The position numbers and the translations under genes are program-made. DNA of 40,022 nt. Origin: an uncultured Pirellulales bacterium (lineage in GTDB: Bacteria > Planctomycetota > Phycisphaerae > Sedimentisphaerales > Anaerobacaceae). Below the pieces are notes generated by a model. The model was not told where the DNA came from. It was given only the letters and a program-made list of their open reading frames with translations, and made no database searches. Every line of letters starts with the position of its first letter. Position 1 is the first letter of the stretch. Below are positions 9,462-16,749 of the stretch, piece after piece. The stretch spans positions 1 to 40,022 of the forward strand of contig CAZOUM010000024.1 in assembly GCA_964582985.1 (NCBI GenBank), given 5' to 3'.

Positions 9462-9581
9462 ATGGTTTGTGAAGAAAAACCTCAGGTTCCCGAAGAACCT
9501 CAAGAGACGCCATCGGAAAAGCCTCAAGAGGCGCCATCACAAGAGCCTCAACAGGCACCGGCGGAAACCGAAGAGAGTTAG
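9462..9581 (+). CDS. small acidic P/Q/E-repeat protein (39 aa), upstream partner of the flotillin-like gene
   Basis: RBS AAGGAG 9447-9452 with a 9-nt spacer to the ATG. Translation MVCEEKPQVPEEPQETPSEKPQEAPSQEPQQAPAETEES is a low-complexity PQE/PxE repeat. It falls below the ORF-track length cutoff. A hairpin follows. Confidence 0.4.
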   Translation: MVCEEKPQVPEEPQETPSEKPQEAPSQEPQQAPAETEES

Positions 9582-9592
9582 TATTTATTTGG

Positions 9593-9625
9593 GGAGGGAG
9601 CCAGATGCGCAGTCTGGCTCCCTCC
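9593..9625 (+). other. perfect 13-bp stem-loop (GGAGGGAGCCAGA-tgcgcag-TCTGGCTCCCTCC) between the small ORF and the flotillin gene
   Basis: Exact inverted repeat. No downstream U-tract, so it is not a canonical intrinsic terminator. Possibly an attenuator or processing hairpin. Confidence 0.4.
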
Positions 9626-9686
9626 TGTAATTGTGGAGCATACAACGAAACTGTATTTTTGACAATTTCTTGGAAAGGGGACTATT

Positions 9687-11198
9687 ATGAACGGTACATG
9701 GGAACGAATGCCTGTAAATAAGGCCATGGTAACTTTGATACTTGTTGTGGTGGCTTTGATTGTTTTGCTTGCCGTAATTGCCAGCTCGATTGTGAAAATT
9801 GACGGCGATGAAGTCGGGATAGTGGAGAAGAAACTGTTCGGCGGAGCCCTGCCCGAGGGAAAGGTTTTAGCGGTAAACGGAGAGAACGGCTTTCAGGCGC
9901 AGATTCTGGCGCCGGGCTGGCATGTCAAATGGAAATGGCAGTACAATGTTACCCAGATTAAGATGATCGAGATAAAAGAAGGCTTTGTGGGCCTGATACA
10001 GGCGGCGGACGGGCGAAGCCTGCCTGCCGACATAATTTATGCGCCGGAATGGGAAGATCTGGAAAGAATGCACAATGCCGACTATTTTCTCGGGGAAGGC
10101 AAAGGCTATAGTGGCCCGCAGCTTTCAGTCCTTCCCCCGAAAAAATACCGCATCAATACAAAGCTGTTTACCATAACACCTGTGCCGATAACAAATGTTA
10201 CGGTTGGCACGGTTGTGGTTATTAAAAGTAACGTGGGCGAAGCAGTTGACTCTGAAGACCGCCTGGTGGAGGTAGGCCAGAAAGGGGTATGGAAAAAGCC
10301 GTTAACAGAAGGAAAGTATAGACTACATACGAAAGCTTATGAAGCGACACCTGTCAGTATTCGGCAGGTCAAGGTCAGCTACACCGCCGAGAAAGAACAA
10401 GGTGAAGGCGAAGCCTATCAGCCTATGGAACCAATAAAGGTCCGCACTAAGGACGGCATTGAGTTTCCCGTAGCTGTTCGCATAACCTACAAAGTTGAAA
10501 GTGAAAATGCCCCTCGTATCGTTGCTTCGGTTGGCGATGATGCTATGGTCCTGACAAAGCTGGTAACTCCCGCCGTAAAATCGGTTTTCAGAAACAATGC
10601 CGAAAAGGTCAAGGCCCTGGATTATGTTCAGAACCGCTCAAAACAGGAACAGCAGAGCGCTGCAACGCTTAAAGAAAAATTGGCTGAATACGGCGTAACC
10701 ATTCTTGAAGTTCTCATTGATGATGTGGGTGACGAAAAAAGCATCGGGCTTGCTCGGATATTAAAAACCCAGAGCGACCGTGAAATAGCGCTGCAGGAAC
10801 AGGCGACATTTGAGGAACAGCAGCGTGCTGCGGAAAAACAAAAGGCTCTGACAAAAACACAGCAGGAAGCTGAAGAGGAAAAGCGGCTGGCAACTGCCAG
10901 ATACGACGTTCAGATCGCTGAGCAGGATAAGCAGAAAAGAATTATTGATGCACAGGCTGATGCTGAACGAATTCGGGTTACCGCTGAGGCCAAGGCTCAG
11001 GCTTATAGGAAGATTTCCGAGGTGATCGGCGCAAGCAATGCCGCTCTCATCGAGATTATGAAACTCGTCGAGGCCGGGAAAATCAGGATTACGCCGGAAG
11101 TAATGGTCGGCGGCGCGGGTGCAGGGATGACCGATGCGCTGATGGGAACTGTTCTCAGGGGGATGCTCGGCAAGGAGGCTGCTTCGAAGAAAAAATAA
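9687..11198 (+). CDS. flotillin-like SPFH/band-7 protein (FloA/YqiK-like)
   Basis: N-terminal TM segment (MVTLILVVVALIVLLAVIASS) followed by an SPFH-like domain. The C-terminal half is a long coiled coil (EQQRAAEKQKALTKTQQEAEEEKRLATARYDVQIAEQDKQKRIIDAQADAERIRVTAEAKAQAYRKISEV) typical of flotillins. Confidence 0.8.
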   Translation: MNGTWERMPVNKAMVTLILVVVALIVLLAVIASSIVKIDGDEVGIVEKKLFGGALPEGKVLAVNGENGFQAQILAPGWHVKWKWQYNVTQIKMIEIKEGFVGLIQAADGRSLPADIIYAPEWEDLERMHNADYFLGEGKGYSGPQLSVLPPKKYRINTKLFTITPVPITNVTVGTVVVIKSNVGEAVDSEDRLVEVGQKGVWKKPLTEGKYRLHTKAYEATPVSIRQVKVSYTAEKEQGEGEAYQPMEPIKVRTKDGIEFPVAVRITYKVESENAPRIVASVGDDAMVLTKLVTPAVKSVFRNNAEKVKALDYVQNRSKQEQQSAATLKEKLAEYGVTILEVLIDDVGDEKSIGLARILKTQSDREIALQEQATFEEQQRAAEKQKALTKTQQEAEEEKRLATARYDVQIAEQDKQKRIIDAQADAERIRVTAEAKAQAYRKISEVIGASNAALIEIMKLVEAGKIRITPEVMVGGAGAGMTDALMGTVLRGMLGKEAASKKK

Positions 11199-11457
11199 AT
11201 GACATCTATGATATAGATGCTGAAAGCTCAAAAGCCCTCGCTTTATTTTCAGCTTAATAAGAATGATTATCTTCCCTAAAAAGGAGGCCACCGCCGGTGA
11301 TGGCGATGGCCCAGCCCATATTCTGAGCTTGGAGGATTACACTCTTTCTACTACAAACGGCCCGTTAAGTCAAGCTAAATTTCAAACATTCCAATTTAGA
11401 ACCCGATGCGGCTCGGCTTCAGGGCGGCGATGGCGGGAAAAACGAGAAAAAACTTGA

Positions 11458-11486
11458 TTGACAAGCCTTGTAGTCTTTTCTATTAT
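11458..11486 (+). promoter_or_regulatory. near-consensus sigma70 promoter (TTGACA-17-TATTAT)
   Basis: TTGACA 11458-11463, 17-nt spacer, TATTAT 11481-11486. It drives the candidate structured RNA below. Confidence 0.45.
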
Positions 11487-11492
11487 GTCTAT

Positions 11493-11603
11493 GTTGCGAT
11501 TAGGCGATTGCGCCATAGTGGCCGGATTAGCCAGTAAAGTTATCGCAACAGGGAGACGGGGTGATGACAAGTTCAATCTAAATCCCTTGCGTCTCCCTTT
11601 TTT
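11493..11603 (+). ncRNA. candidate ~110-nt structured small RNA or riboswitch-like leader ending in an intrinsic terminator
   Basis: Starts about 7 nt after the -10 element. Closing helix GUUGCGAU (11493-11500) pairs with AUCGCAAC (11542-11549) and encloses two hairpins (GGCG-AUUG-CGCC and UGGC-CGGAUUA-GCCA). A terminator stem GGGAGACG (11551-11558) / CGUCUCCC (11590-11597) with a T6 run (11598-11603) follows immediately. The only ORF would read through the terminator, which argues against coding. Confidence 0.4.
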
Positions 11604-11646
11604 ACAGCATACAAAAGCATATTTTTGAAGCGGGTCTGCTTTTTCT

Positions 11647-11675
11647 TTGACTTTTCCGACCGAATAGCGTAGAAT
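11647..11675 (+). promoter_or_regulatory. sigma70-like promoter (TTGACT-17-TAGAAT) for the first beta-helix gene
   Basis: TTGACT 11647-11652, 17-nt spacer, TAGAAT 11670-11675. It lies downstream of the terminator above and about 160 nt upstream of the ATG at 11839. Confidence 0.3.
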
Positions 11676-11824
11676 TGTATTATGCTTGAATCCATCCGCT
11701 AAGAATTCAAGATGGACAAAATGGAGGAGTTATGCAGGACTATCAGCCTAAGGTCCCGGGGGGTTCATGAGTTGGTATTGGTGTGCACGGGGTGCGCTGA
11801 GAAATACTATATTAACTGTTTTTT

Positions 11825-13192
11825 AAGGAGGTAGCAAAATGGAAACGAAACGCAAAAGTGCAAAAGTGGTAGTGAGTTTACTGGCTTTGGTTGGGCTGGC
11901 GGTGTTTTCACTGTTCGCTGTCGGCGGTTCCTTGGAGCCGAGTGCGCCACCGGGGCCAACCATGAAGACACTCGATGAGGTCGAGCCGAGGATACCAATT
12001 CAGTCTCTCTCCGGTGATGCAAACGCAACATATATAATTGACCAACCCGGCTCGTATTATCTTGCTGGCGATGTCAACAATGCCGCTATAAACAAGCATG
12101 CCATAGTCGTTGAGGTGAACGATGTAACAATCGACCTGATGGGTTATCAACTGAAAGGCCCGGCTTCGCCGCCCCACTATGGCATATGGGCCCTCGCAGC
12201 CAGCAATGTAGAGGTCCGCAACGGTACGGTGCAGGACTTTTATTTCGGCATATATGCAGACAATAACGCGAACAAGTGCCGTATTCTCAACGTCAGGGTG
12301 ATAGAAAACAAGGGCGAGGGCATTTGGCTTTCCGGCTCTGGTCACCTCGTCAAGGATTGCACAGCTGTGGGTAATCATGTCACTGGCATCCGTATCGGTC
12401 CCGGCAGCACAGTAACCGGCAACACCTGTAACAGCAATGGCGAGAACGGCATCTACGCCAGCTCCGGCTCCACGGTGAGCGGCAACACCGCCTACGAGAA
12501 CGCCGGTCACGGCATTGATGCTGGTACCGGCTGCACAATCATTGGCAACACCGCCAGGATAAATACCGGCAATGGGATAGATTTCGAGGGCCTGGGCACT
12601 ATTGCCGATAACACCGCTGACCGTAACTCAGCGTACGGAATCAGCGTCAACTCAGGCGCTGTGGTGGCCCGCAATTCTTGCGCTGAGAATACACTCGACG
12701 GAATCAAAGCCGGAGACGGAAACCGTATTGTCGGGAATGACTGCGTCGGTAATGGTAACGTCGGAGATGGGGCCGGAATCCACGTGCAGTCGCAACGCAA
12801 TGTCATTATGGATAATACGGTACTGCAAAACGACCGGGGTATTGATGTGGACGCAGCCAACAACCTCATCGTCAAGAACAGTGCCTCAACCAACGGCACC
12901 GAGTACGACATAGCCGGAGGAAACAAAGTCGGCACCATAAGCACAAACCCTACTACTGCCGGACCCTGGGATAACTTCGATTTCTAAAACGATTAAACCT
13001 ATATATTGAAAAATTAGGAGACACAAAATGGAAACGAAACGCAAAAGTGCAAAAGTTGTGGTGAGTCTGCTGGCTTTGGCTGGGCTGCTGGTGTTTTCAC
13101 TGTTCGCTGTCGGCGGTTCTTTGCAGCCAAGCGCGCCGCCTGGGCCGACGATGAAAACACTGGATGAGGTCGAGCCGCGAATTCCGATTCCA
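11825..13192 (+). repeat. duplicated 5' module (about 180 nt: RBS/5'UTR plus the first ~55 codons), roughly 85% identical, at 11825-12003 and 13014-13192
   Basis: Direct DNA comparison of ggaggtagcaaaATGGAAACGAAACGCAAAAGTGCAAAAGTGGTAGTGAGTTTACTGGCTTTGG... with aggagacacaaaATGGAAACGAAACGCAAAAGTGCAAAAGTTGTGGTGAGTCTGCTGGCTTTGG... Downstream gene bodies diverge. Confidence 0.8.
11839..12987 (+). CDS. secreted right-handed parallel beta-helix repeat protein (pectate-lyase/NosD-like fold), paralog 1
   Basis: RBS AAGGAGG upstream. Signal peptide METKRKSAKVVVSLLALVGLAVFSLFAVGG is present. Repeated GNTxxxNxGxGI beta-helix rungs follow (GNHVTGIRIG.., GNTCNSNGENGIYA.., GNTAYENAGHGIDA.., GNTARINTGNGIDF..). 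Confidence 0.7.
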   Translation: METKRKSAKVVVSLLALVGLAVFSLFAVGGSLEPSAPPGPTMKTLDEVEPRIPIQSLSGDANATYIIDQPGSYYLAGDVNNAAINKHAIVVEVNDVTIDLMGYQLKGPASPPHYGIWALAASNVEVRNGTVQDFYFGIYADNNANKCRILNVRVIENKGEGIWLSGSGHLVKDCTAVGNHVTGIRIGPGSTVTGNTCNSNGENGIYASSGSTVSGNTAYENAGHGIDAGTGCTIIGNTARINTGNGIDFEGLGTIADNTADRNSAYGISVNSGAVVARNSCAENTLDGIKAGDGNRIVGNDCVGNGNVGDGAGIHVQSQRNVIMDNTVLQNDRGIDVDAANNLIVKNSASTNGTEYDIAGGNKVGTISTNPTTAGPWDNFDF

Positions 13193-13870
13193 TCAGCAGC
13201 GGGCCGTGACCCTGCTTCAACATTTATTATTAGCGAGTCTGGTTCCTATTATCTCACCGGCGATAGGTCATGCAGTGGAACCGGTATAGAAGTCATTGCT
13301 AATAATGTAACTATTGACTTAATGGGGTACAGTTTGATCGGGGCGGGCTCAGGGACAAACTACGGCATTTCTATGAACGGACGCAGCAACGTGGAAATCC
13401 GCAACGGCACAGTTCGCAACTTTTACTTTGGTATCTACGAGTATAACAGTACGACGGGCCAAAACCACCGGGTCATTGATGTCCGGTCCGTCTCCAATGG
13501 CCTGTATGGTATTGCTCTCAAGGGCACTGGCCATCTGATCAAGGACTGCACGGCGAGTGACAACGGAACTGGGGCTACCAGCATCGTCTACGGCATTTAT
13601 GCTGGCCACGGCTGTACAGTAATCGGCAACACGGCATACTACAACGGAACTTCGGCCACCGGCACCCACGTGCACGGCATCTATAACAACACCGGCTGTA
13701 CAGTAACCGGCAACACGGCATACTACAACGGAACTTCGGCTACCAGCATTGTCTTCGGCATCTTTCTTTCAGGAAGCTGTCTGGTAGACCAGAATACTGC
13801 CTATAATAACAACGGCATAAACATGAATAATCCTGGTAGCGGCGCATTTGGCATAAACTACGCTCCGTAA
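13028..13870 (+). CDS. secreted beta-helix repeat protein, paralog 2 (N-terminal 55 aa nearly identical to paralog 1)
   Basis: Same METKRKSAKVVVSLLALAGL...PSAPPGPTMKTLDEVEPRIPI module as paralog 1. The body is divergent with GNTAYYNGTSAT repeats. Confidence 0.7.
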   Translation: METKRKSAKVVVSLLALAGLLVFSLFAVGGSLQPSAPPGPTMKTLDEVEPRIPIPSAAGRDPASTFIISESGSYYLTGDRSCSGTGIEVIANNVTIDLMGYSLIGAGSGTNYGISMNGRSNVEIRNGTVRNFYFGIYEYNSTTGQNHRVIDVRSVSNGLYGIALKGTGHLIKDCTASDNGTGATSIVYGIYAGHGCTVIGNTAYYNGTSATGTHVHGIYNNTGCTVTGNTAYYNGTSATSIVFGIFLSGSCLVDQNTAYNNNGINMNNPGSGAFGINYAP

Positions 13871-13872
13871 TA

Positions 13873-14544
13873 ATGAAAAGAAAGACAGGTTTTACTATGA
13901 ATAAAAGATATATATTTGGAGTGAGTATTCTGGCTGTCTGCCTTATTCTATACTCTGGGAATTTGTGCGCTGAGAACATCGACCCCAATGAAGATGGTTC
14001 GCAATACGCCTACGGTGAGAACGTCGGGTGGTTAAATTTCGAGCCCAACGTAGCTGCGCCCAATGCTGGTGCGACTGTAAGCGACCAGAATCTGACCGGC
14101 TTTATCTGGGCTGAAAATATAGGCTGGATAAATCTCGACCCCAATGATGATGACCCCAACACCGGCGTAAGTAATGACGGCAGTGGGCAACTCTCAGGCT
14201 TCGCCTGGGGCGAAAACGTCGGCTGGCTCAACTTTGACCCGAATGTCCCCGGTGACCCAAATCACTATGGCGTCACCATTGACATTGACGGCAACTTCGA
14301 CGGCTTGGCCTGGGGTGAGAACATCGGCTGGCTCAATTTCAACTCTGCTGACCTTTACGGGTTTGGTGTTCAGGCGTGCAAGGTCAACTTTATAGACCTG
14401 GCTAATTTCGTTGACGACTGGCTGCAAAGTGGCATTGGTCTGCCGGGCGATTTGAGCGGAAACGAGGAAGTTGATTTCGTTGACTACGGCATGTTTGCCG
14501 AGCTTTGGCTGACCTTCTGCCCCGACGACTGGCCGTTGAAATGA
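13873..14544 (+). CDS. secreted repeat protein with five (Y/W)GEN(V/I)GW(L/I)NF(x)PN repeats and a C-terminal dockerin/EF-hand-like Ca-binding module
   Basis: Signal peptide ..IFGVSILAVCLILYSGNLCA. Repeats are YGENVGWLNFEPN, WAENIGWINLDPN, WGENVGWLNFDPN, WGENIGWLNFNS and others. C-terminal DLSGNEEVDFVD has D, S, N, E, D, D at EF-hand loop positions 1, 3, 5, 7, 9, 12, followed by a hydrophobic helix (YGMFAELWL), which is dockerin-like. Confidence 0.6.
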   Translation: MKRKTGFTMNKRYIFGVSILAVCLILYSGNLCAENIDPNEDGSQYAYGENVGWLNFEPNVAAPNAGATVSDQNLTGFIWAENIGWINLDPNDDDPNTGVSNDGSGQLSGFAWGENVGWLNFDPNVPGDPNHYGVTIDIDGNFDGLAWGENIGWLNFNSADLYGFGVQACKVNFIDLANFVDDWLQSGIGLPGDLSGNEEVDFVDYGMFAELWLTFCPDDWPLK

Positions 14545-14621
14545 GCGTAGAGAATCAGGTTCTTGGGTTCTCTGTATGTACTGTTGCGGCCTTGGTATAT
14601 CCGCAATCCCAGGTACTTTTT

Positions 14622-14735
14622 TCACCAGTCGAACTCAGCAACAATAGGTGTGTGGTCGCTGACGCCGTGATATCGAATACCACCGTGAACATTTCCGCTC
14701 GGACGCCGGCAAGTGTGCAGAACACAGCTAAAGTC
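14622..14735 (-). pseudogene. orphan 3'-end fragment of an exonuclease III (xth) paralog
   Basis: My translation of the minus strand gives ..CVLHTCRRPSGNVHGGIRYHGVSDHTPIVAEFDW*. Compare the C-terminus of the intact xth at 15565 (..CWACYIDKEPRLAERPSDHTPIVAEFDW*). Upstream stops truncate the fragment. The two copies differ at synonymous sites, so the divergence is old. Confidence 0.5.
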
Positions 14736-14809
14736 TTATTTTCAAACTGACCGATAGAATAATATAGTTGACCATTTTTAGCCTCCTTGCCGACCAGGGG
14801 CGTAGATAA

Positions 14810-15436
14810 ATGAAAACTGCGATTTGCGCGTCTCTTATTGTCTTGTGCACTTTAGTATGTTCATGCGAGTCATTGTTAAGCCTGCGTGAAACTAATTCTT
14901 CTGCTTGGGTGAGTTTTCATAAAGAAGCTGCCGTCGTCCGAAATGGATACAAAATGGTCCAAAGACTTGAACCCTCTACCTATGTCCGAAGTGTATACGT
15001 CCAAAGAAAATCAGACAAAAAACCCGTGCTTTTCTACACTCATGGGCGCCGAATCAAAGCTGCACTCGGACACCAGCGTCAACTGGTGCTTATCAACGAT
15101 TATTTTGCTACAAAAGCCTGTAAGGTCATGGTTGCAAATATCGACTCCGGGAACAATTGGAGGATAGATGAAAAAATATGCGAGCAACATATGCGCACCG
15201 CTCCAAAGCAGTGGCTCCCCTACCACGCAATCCCCAAAGCGATAGCTTTTTCACCGGACGACAAAATGGTGCTCATGGCAATGAAATCAGGTTATGTAGC
15301 TGGCTCTGCAGAAGAAGCGGATGACTTCGGAAAAAGATTCAAGCTTTGGTCATACGTTGTTGATTCTACCAACGGAACTGTGCTACATGTATACCAGACA
15401 AACGGAACTGTCCCCCGCAATTGGTGGAAATTTTAA
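14810..15436 (+). CDS. hypothetical secreted protein or lipoprotein (208 aa)
   Basis: N-terminus MKTAICASLIVLCTLVCSCES carries a signal peptide with Cys residues. It sits between the xth 3' fragment and the intact xth gene. Confidence 0.5.
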   Translation: MKTAICASLIVLCTLVCSCESLLSLRETNSSAWVSFHKEAAVVRNGYKMVQRLEPSTYVRSVYVQRKSDKKPVLFYTHGRRIKAALGHQRQLVLINDYFATKACKVMVANIDSGNNWRIDEKICEQHMRTAPKQWLPYHAIPKAIAFSPDDKMVLMAMKSGYVAGSAEEADDFGKRFKLWSYVVDSTNGTVLHVYQTNGTVPRNWWKF

Positions 15437-15564
15437 CTGCCCGTATATCCTGCTGCATCTGGTTTCGTGCCTTTGCCGCTTCACCTGACGTTTTGCTGTC
15501 CTAAAAACTCCAGATACGTACAAGCCGTTATGTGCAATGTCTACCCAGATGGTAGAAGTATCAC

Positions 15565-16335
15565 TTACCAGTCGAATTCCGCGACTATCGGCGTGTGGTC
15601 GCTCGGCCGCTCCGCAAGCCGCGGCTCTTTGTCTATATAGCACGCCCAACACTTCTCAGCCAGAGGCTTAGTAGCCATAATATGGTCTAACCGCCAGCCA
15701 AGATTACGTTTGAACGAATTTCTCATTCTATAGTCCCAGAACGTATATTGCCCCGCCTCCCTGCAATGCATCCTGAACACATCAACAAATCCCCAGCTCA
15801 TAACCTCCTTCAACGCCCTATGAACCTCCGGATGATAACAGACGTGCCCCAACAAGCTCTCCGCGTCATACACATCTATCGCTTCCGGCGCTATATTCAA
15901 GTCCCCTACCCAAAGAACAGCATCAGTTGACTCGAAGTTCTCACCGAAATACCTCCGCAGCCGCTCAAACCACTTTAGCTTGTACTCGAACCGCTCGGAC
16001 CCCGCCATATACCCCTGCGGCACATAAGTATTGACCATAACTACGCCCCCAATTTCCGCTCTTATAAGCCTCGCCTCATCCTTCGGCTCATCATCGAACC
16101 CAAATTGCACGTTTGCTATCTCACTTCTGCTGAAAATCGCCACCCCATTATAGCTCTTTTGCCCTTTGAACACATATTTGTACTCAGTCTTATCAAACGC
16201 ATCTCTCGGGAAGTCAACATCCTGTACCTTGGTTTCCTGCACGCACAAAACATCCGGCCGATGTTGCCCAAGCCACTCAAGAACCACAGGCAGCCGGGCC
16301 CGCAAAGAATTGACGTTAAAGCTCGCAACCTTCAT
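15565..16335 (-). CDS. xth: exodeoxyribonuclease III / AP endonuclease (Xth family)
   Basis: MKVASFNVNSLRARLPVVLEWL..DVLCVQETK... ends ...SDHTPIVAEFDW, a classic ExoIII/EEP-fold sequence of typical length (256 aa). Confidence 0.9.
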   Translation of the reverse strand: MKVASFNVNSLRARLPVVLEWLGQHRPDVLCVQETKVQDVDFPRDAFDKTEYKYVFKGQKSYNGVAIFSRSEIANVQFGFDDEPKDEARLIRAEIGGVVMVNTYVPQGYMAGSERFEYKLKWFERLRRYFGENFESTDAVLWVGDLNIAPEAIDVYDAESLLGHVCYHPEVHRALKEVMSWGFVDVFRMHCREAGQYTFWDYRMRNSFKRNLGWRLDHIMATKPLAEKCWACYIDKEPRLAERPSDHTPIVAEFDW

Positions 16336-16426
16336 TCAAACCACTTTACTTGAACCGAAAGCCACTCAAAATTACATCATCCGGCACACAATACTATCCA
16401 AACCTGCCCACCGTAATAAATTGCAT

Positions 16427-16456
16427 TTGGCAGGACGGCAAAAAACTTTGTATAAT
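16427..16456 (+). promoter_or_regulatory. sigma70 promoter with extended -10 (TTGGCA-18-TGTATAAT)
   Basis: TTGGCA 16427-16432; TG at -15/-14; TATAAT 16451-16456. It lies upstream of the entericidin-like gene. Confidence 0.35.
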
Positions 16457-16544
16457 ATTATCAGACGCTTGGCGGGTTCCGCAAAGAGTCTTTGGATTTG
16501 GTTGTTGAGCTGAAAATTTGGTAGCAATAAAAGGAGCCTGTAGG

Positions 16545-16682
16545 ATGGTTAAAAAGATGCTTTTGGCGGTTGCACTAATTGTCACGGCGTTTTTACTGAT
16601 AGGCTGCAAAACTACTCAGGGACTGGGCGAAGACATTAAGTGGGTCGGTGAGAAAGGCTCCGACGTCGTTGACCAGGAATAA
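16545..16682 (+). CDS. entericidin A/B-family small lipoprotein (45 aa)
   Basis: RBS AAGGAG 16531-16536 with an 8-nt spacer. MVKKMLLAVALIVTAFLLIGCKTTQGLGEDIKWVGEKGSDVVDQE matches the entericidin pattern (signal + C-(N/K)T(T/A)(R/Q)G-(V/L)GEDI..G). Below ORF-track cutoff. Confidence 0.6.
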   Translation: MVKKMLLAVALIVTAFLLIGCKTTQGLGEDIKWVGEKGSDVVDQE

Positions 16683-16749
16683 AAAACTTTCCTCATCAAT
16701 TGCCAGGGATTCCGTTTGTCGACACCTCGACAAATTGACCCCCACCCCT

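Noticed and set aside
10761-11291. 176-aa minus-strand ORF over the flotillin 3' half
   Set aside because: Antisense to the coiled-coil region. Leu/Phe-rich translation is typical of the reverse frame of an E/K/Q-rich region.
11281-11326. Perfect AAGGAGG Shine-Dalgarno followed by a 9-codon ORF (GTG/ATG-MAMAQPIF*), and the overlapping 64-aa ORF 11263..11457
   Set aside because: Too short, with no conservation evidence. The 64-aa frame has no RBS and runs into the promoter of the candidate sRNA. Possibly a leader peptide but unsupported.
11491-11628. Leaderless 45-aa ORF starting at the predicted TSS of the candidate sRNA
   Set aside because: The ORF reads straight through the intrinsic terminator stem and U-tract. 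Non-coding RNA is more parsimonious.
11908-12944. 200-aa and 145-aa minus-strand ORFs inside the beta-helix gene
   Set aside because: Shadow ORFs of the Gly/Asn-rich repeat region.
14194-14625. 143-aa minus-strand ORF over the ENxGW repeat gene
   Set aside because: Antisense shadow of the repeat protein. The genuine xth-like fragment is in a different frame further right (14622-14735).
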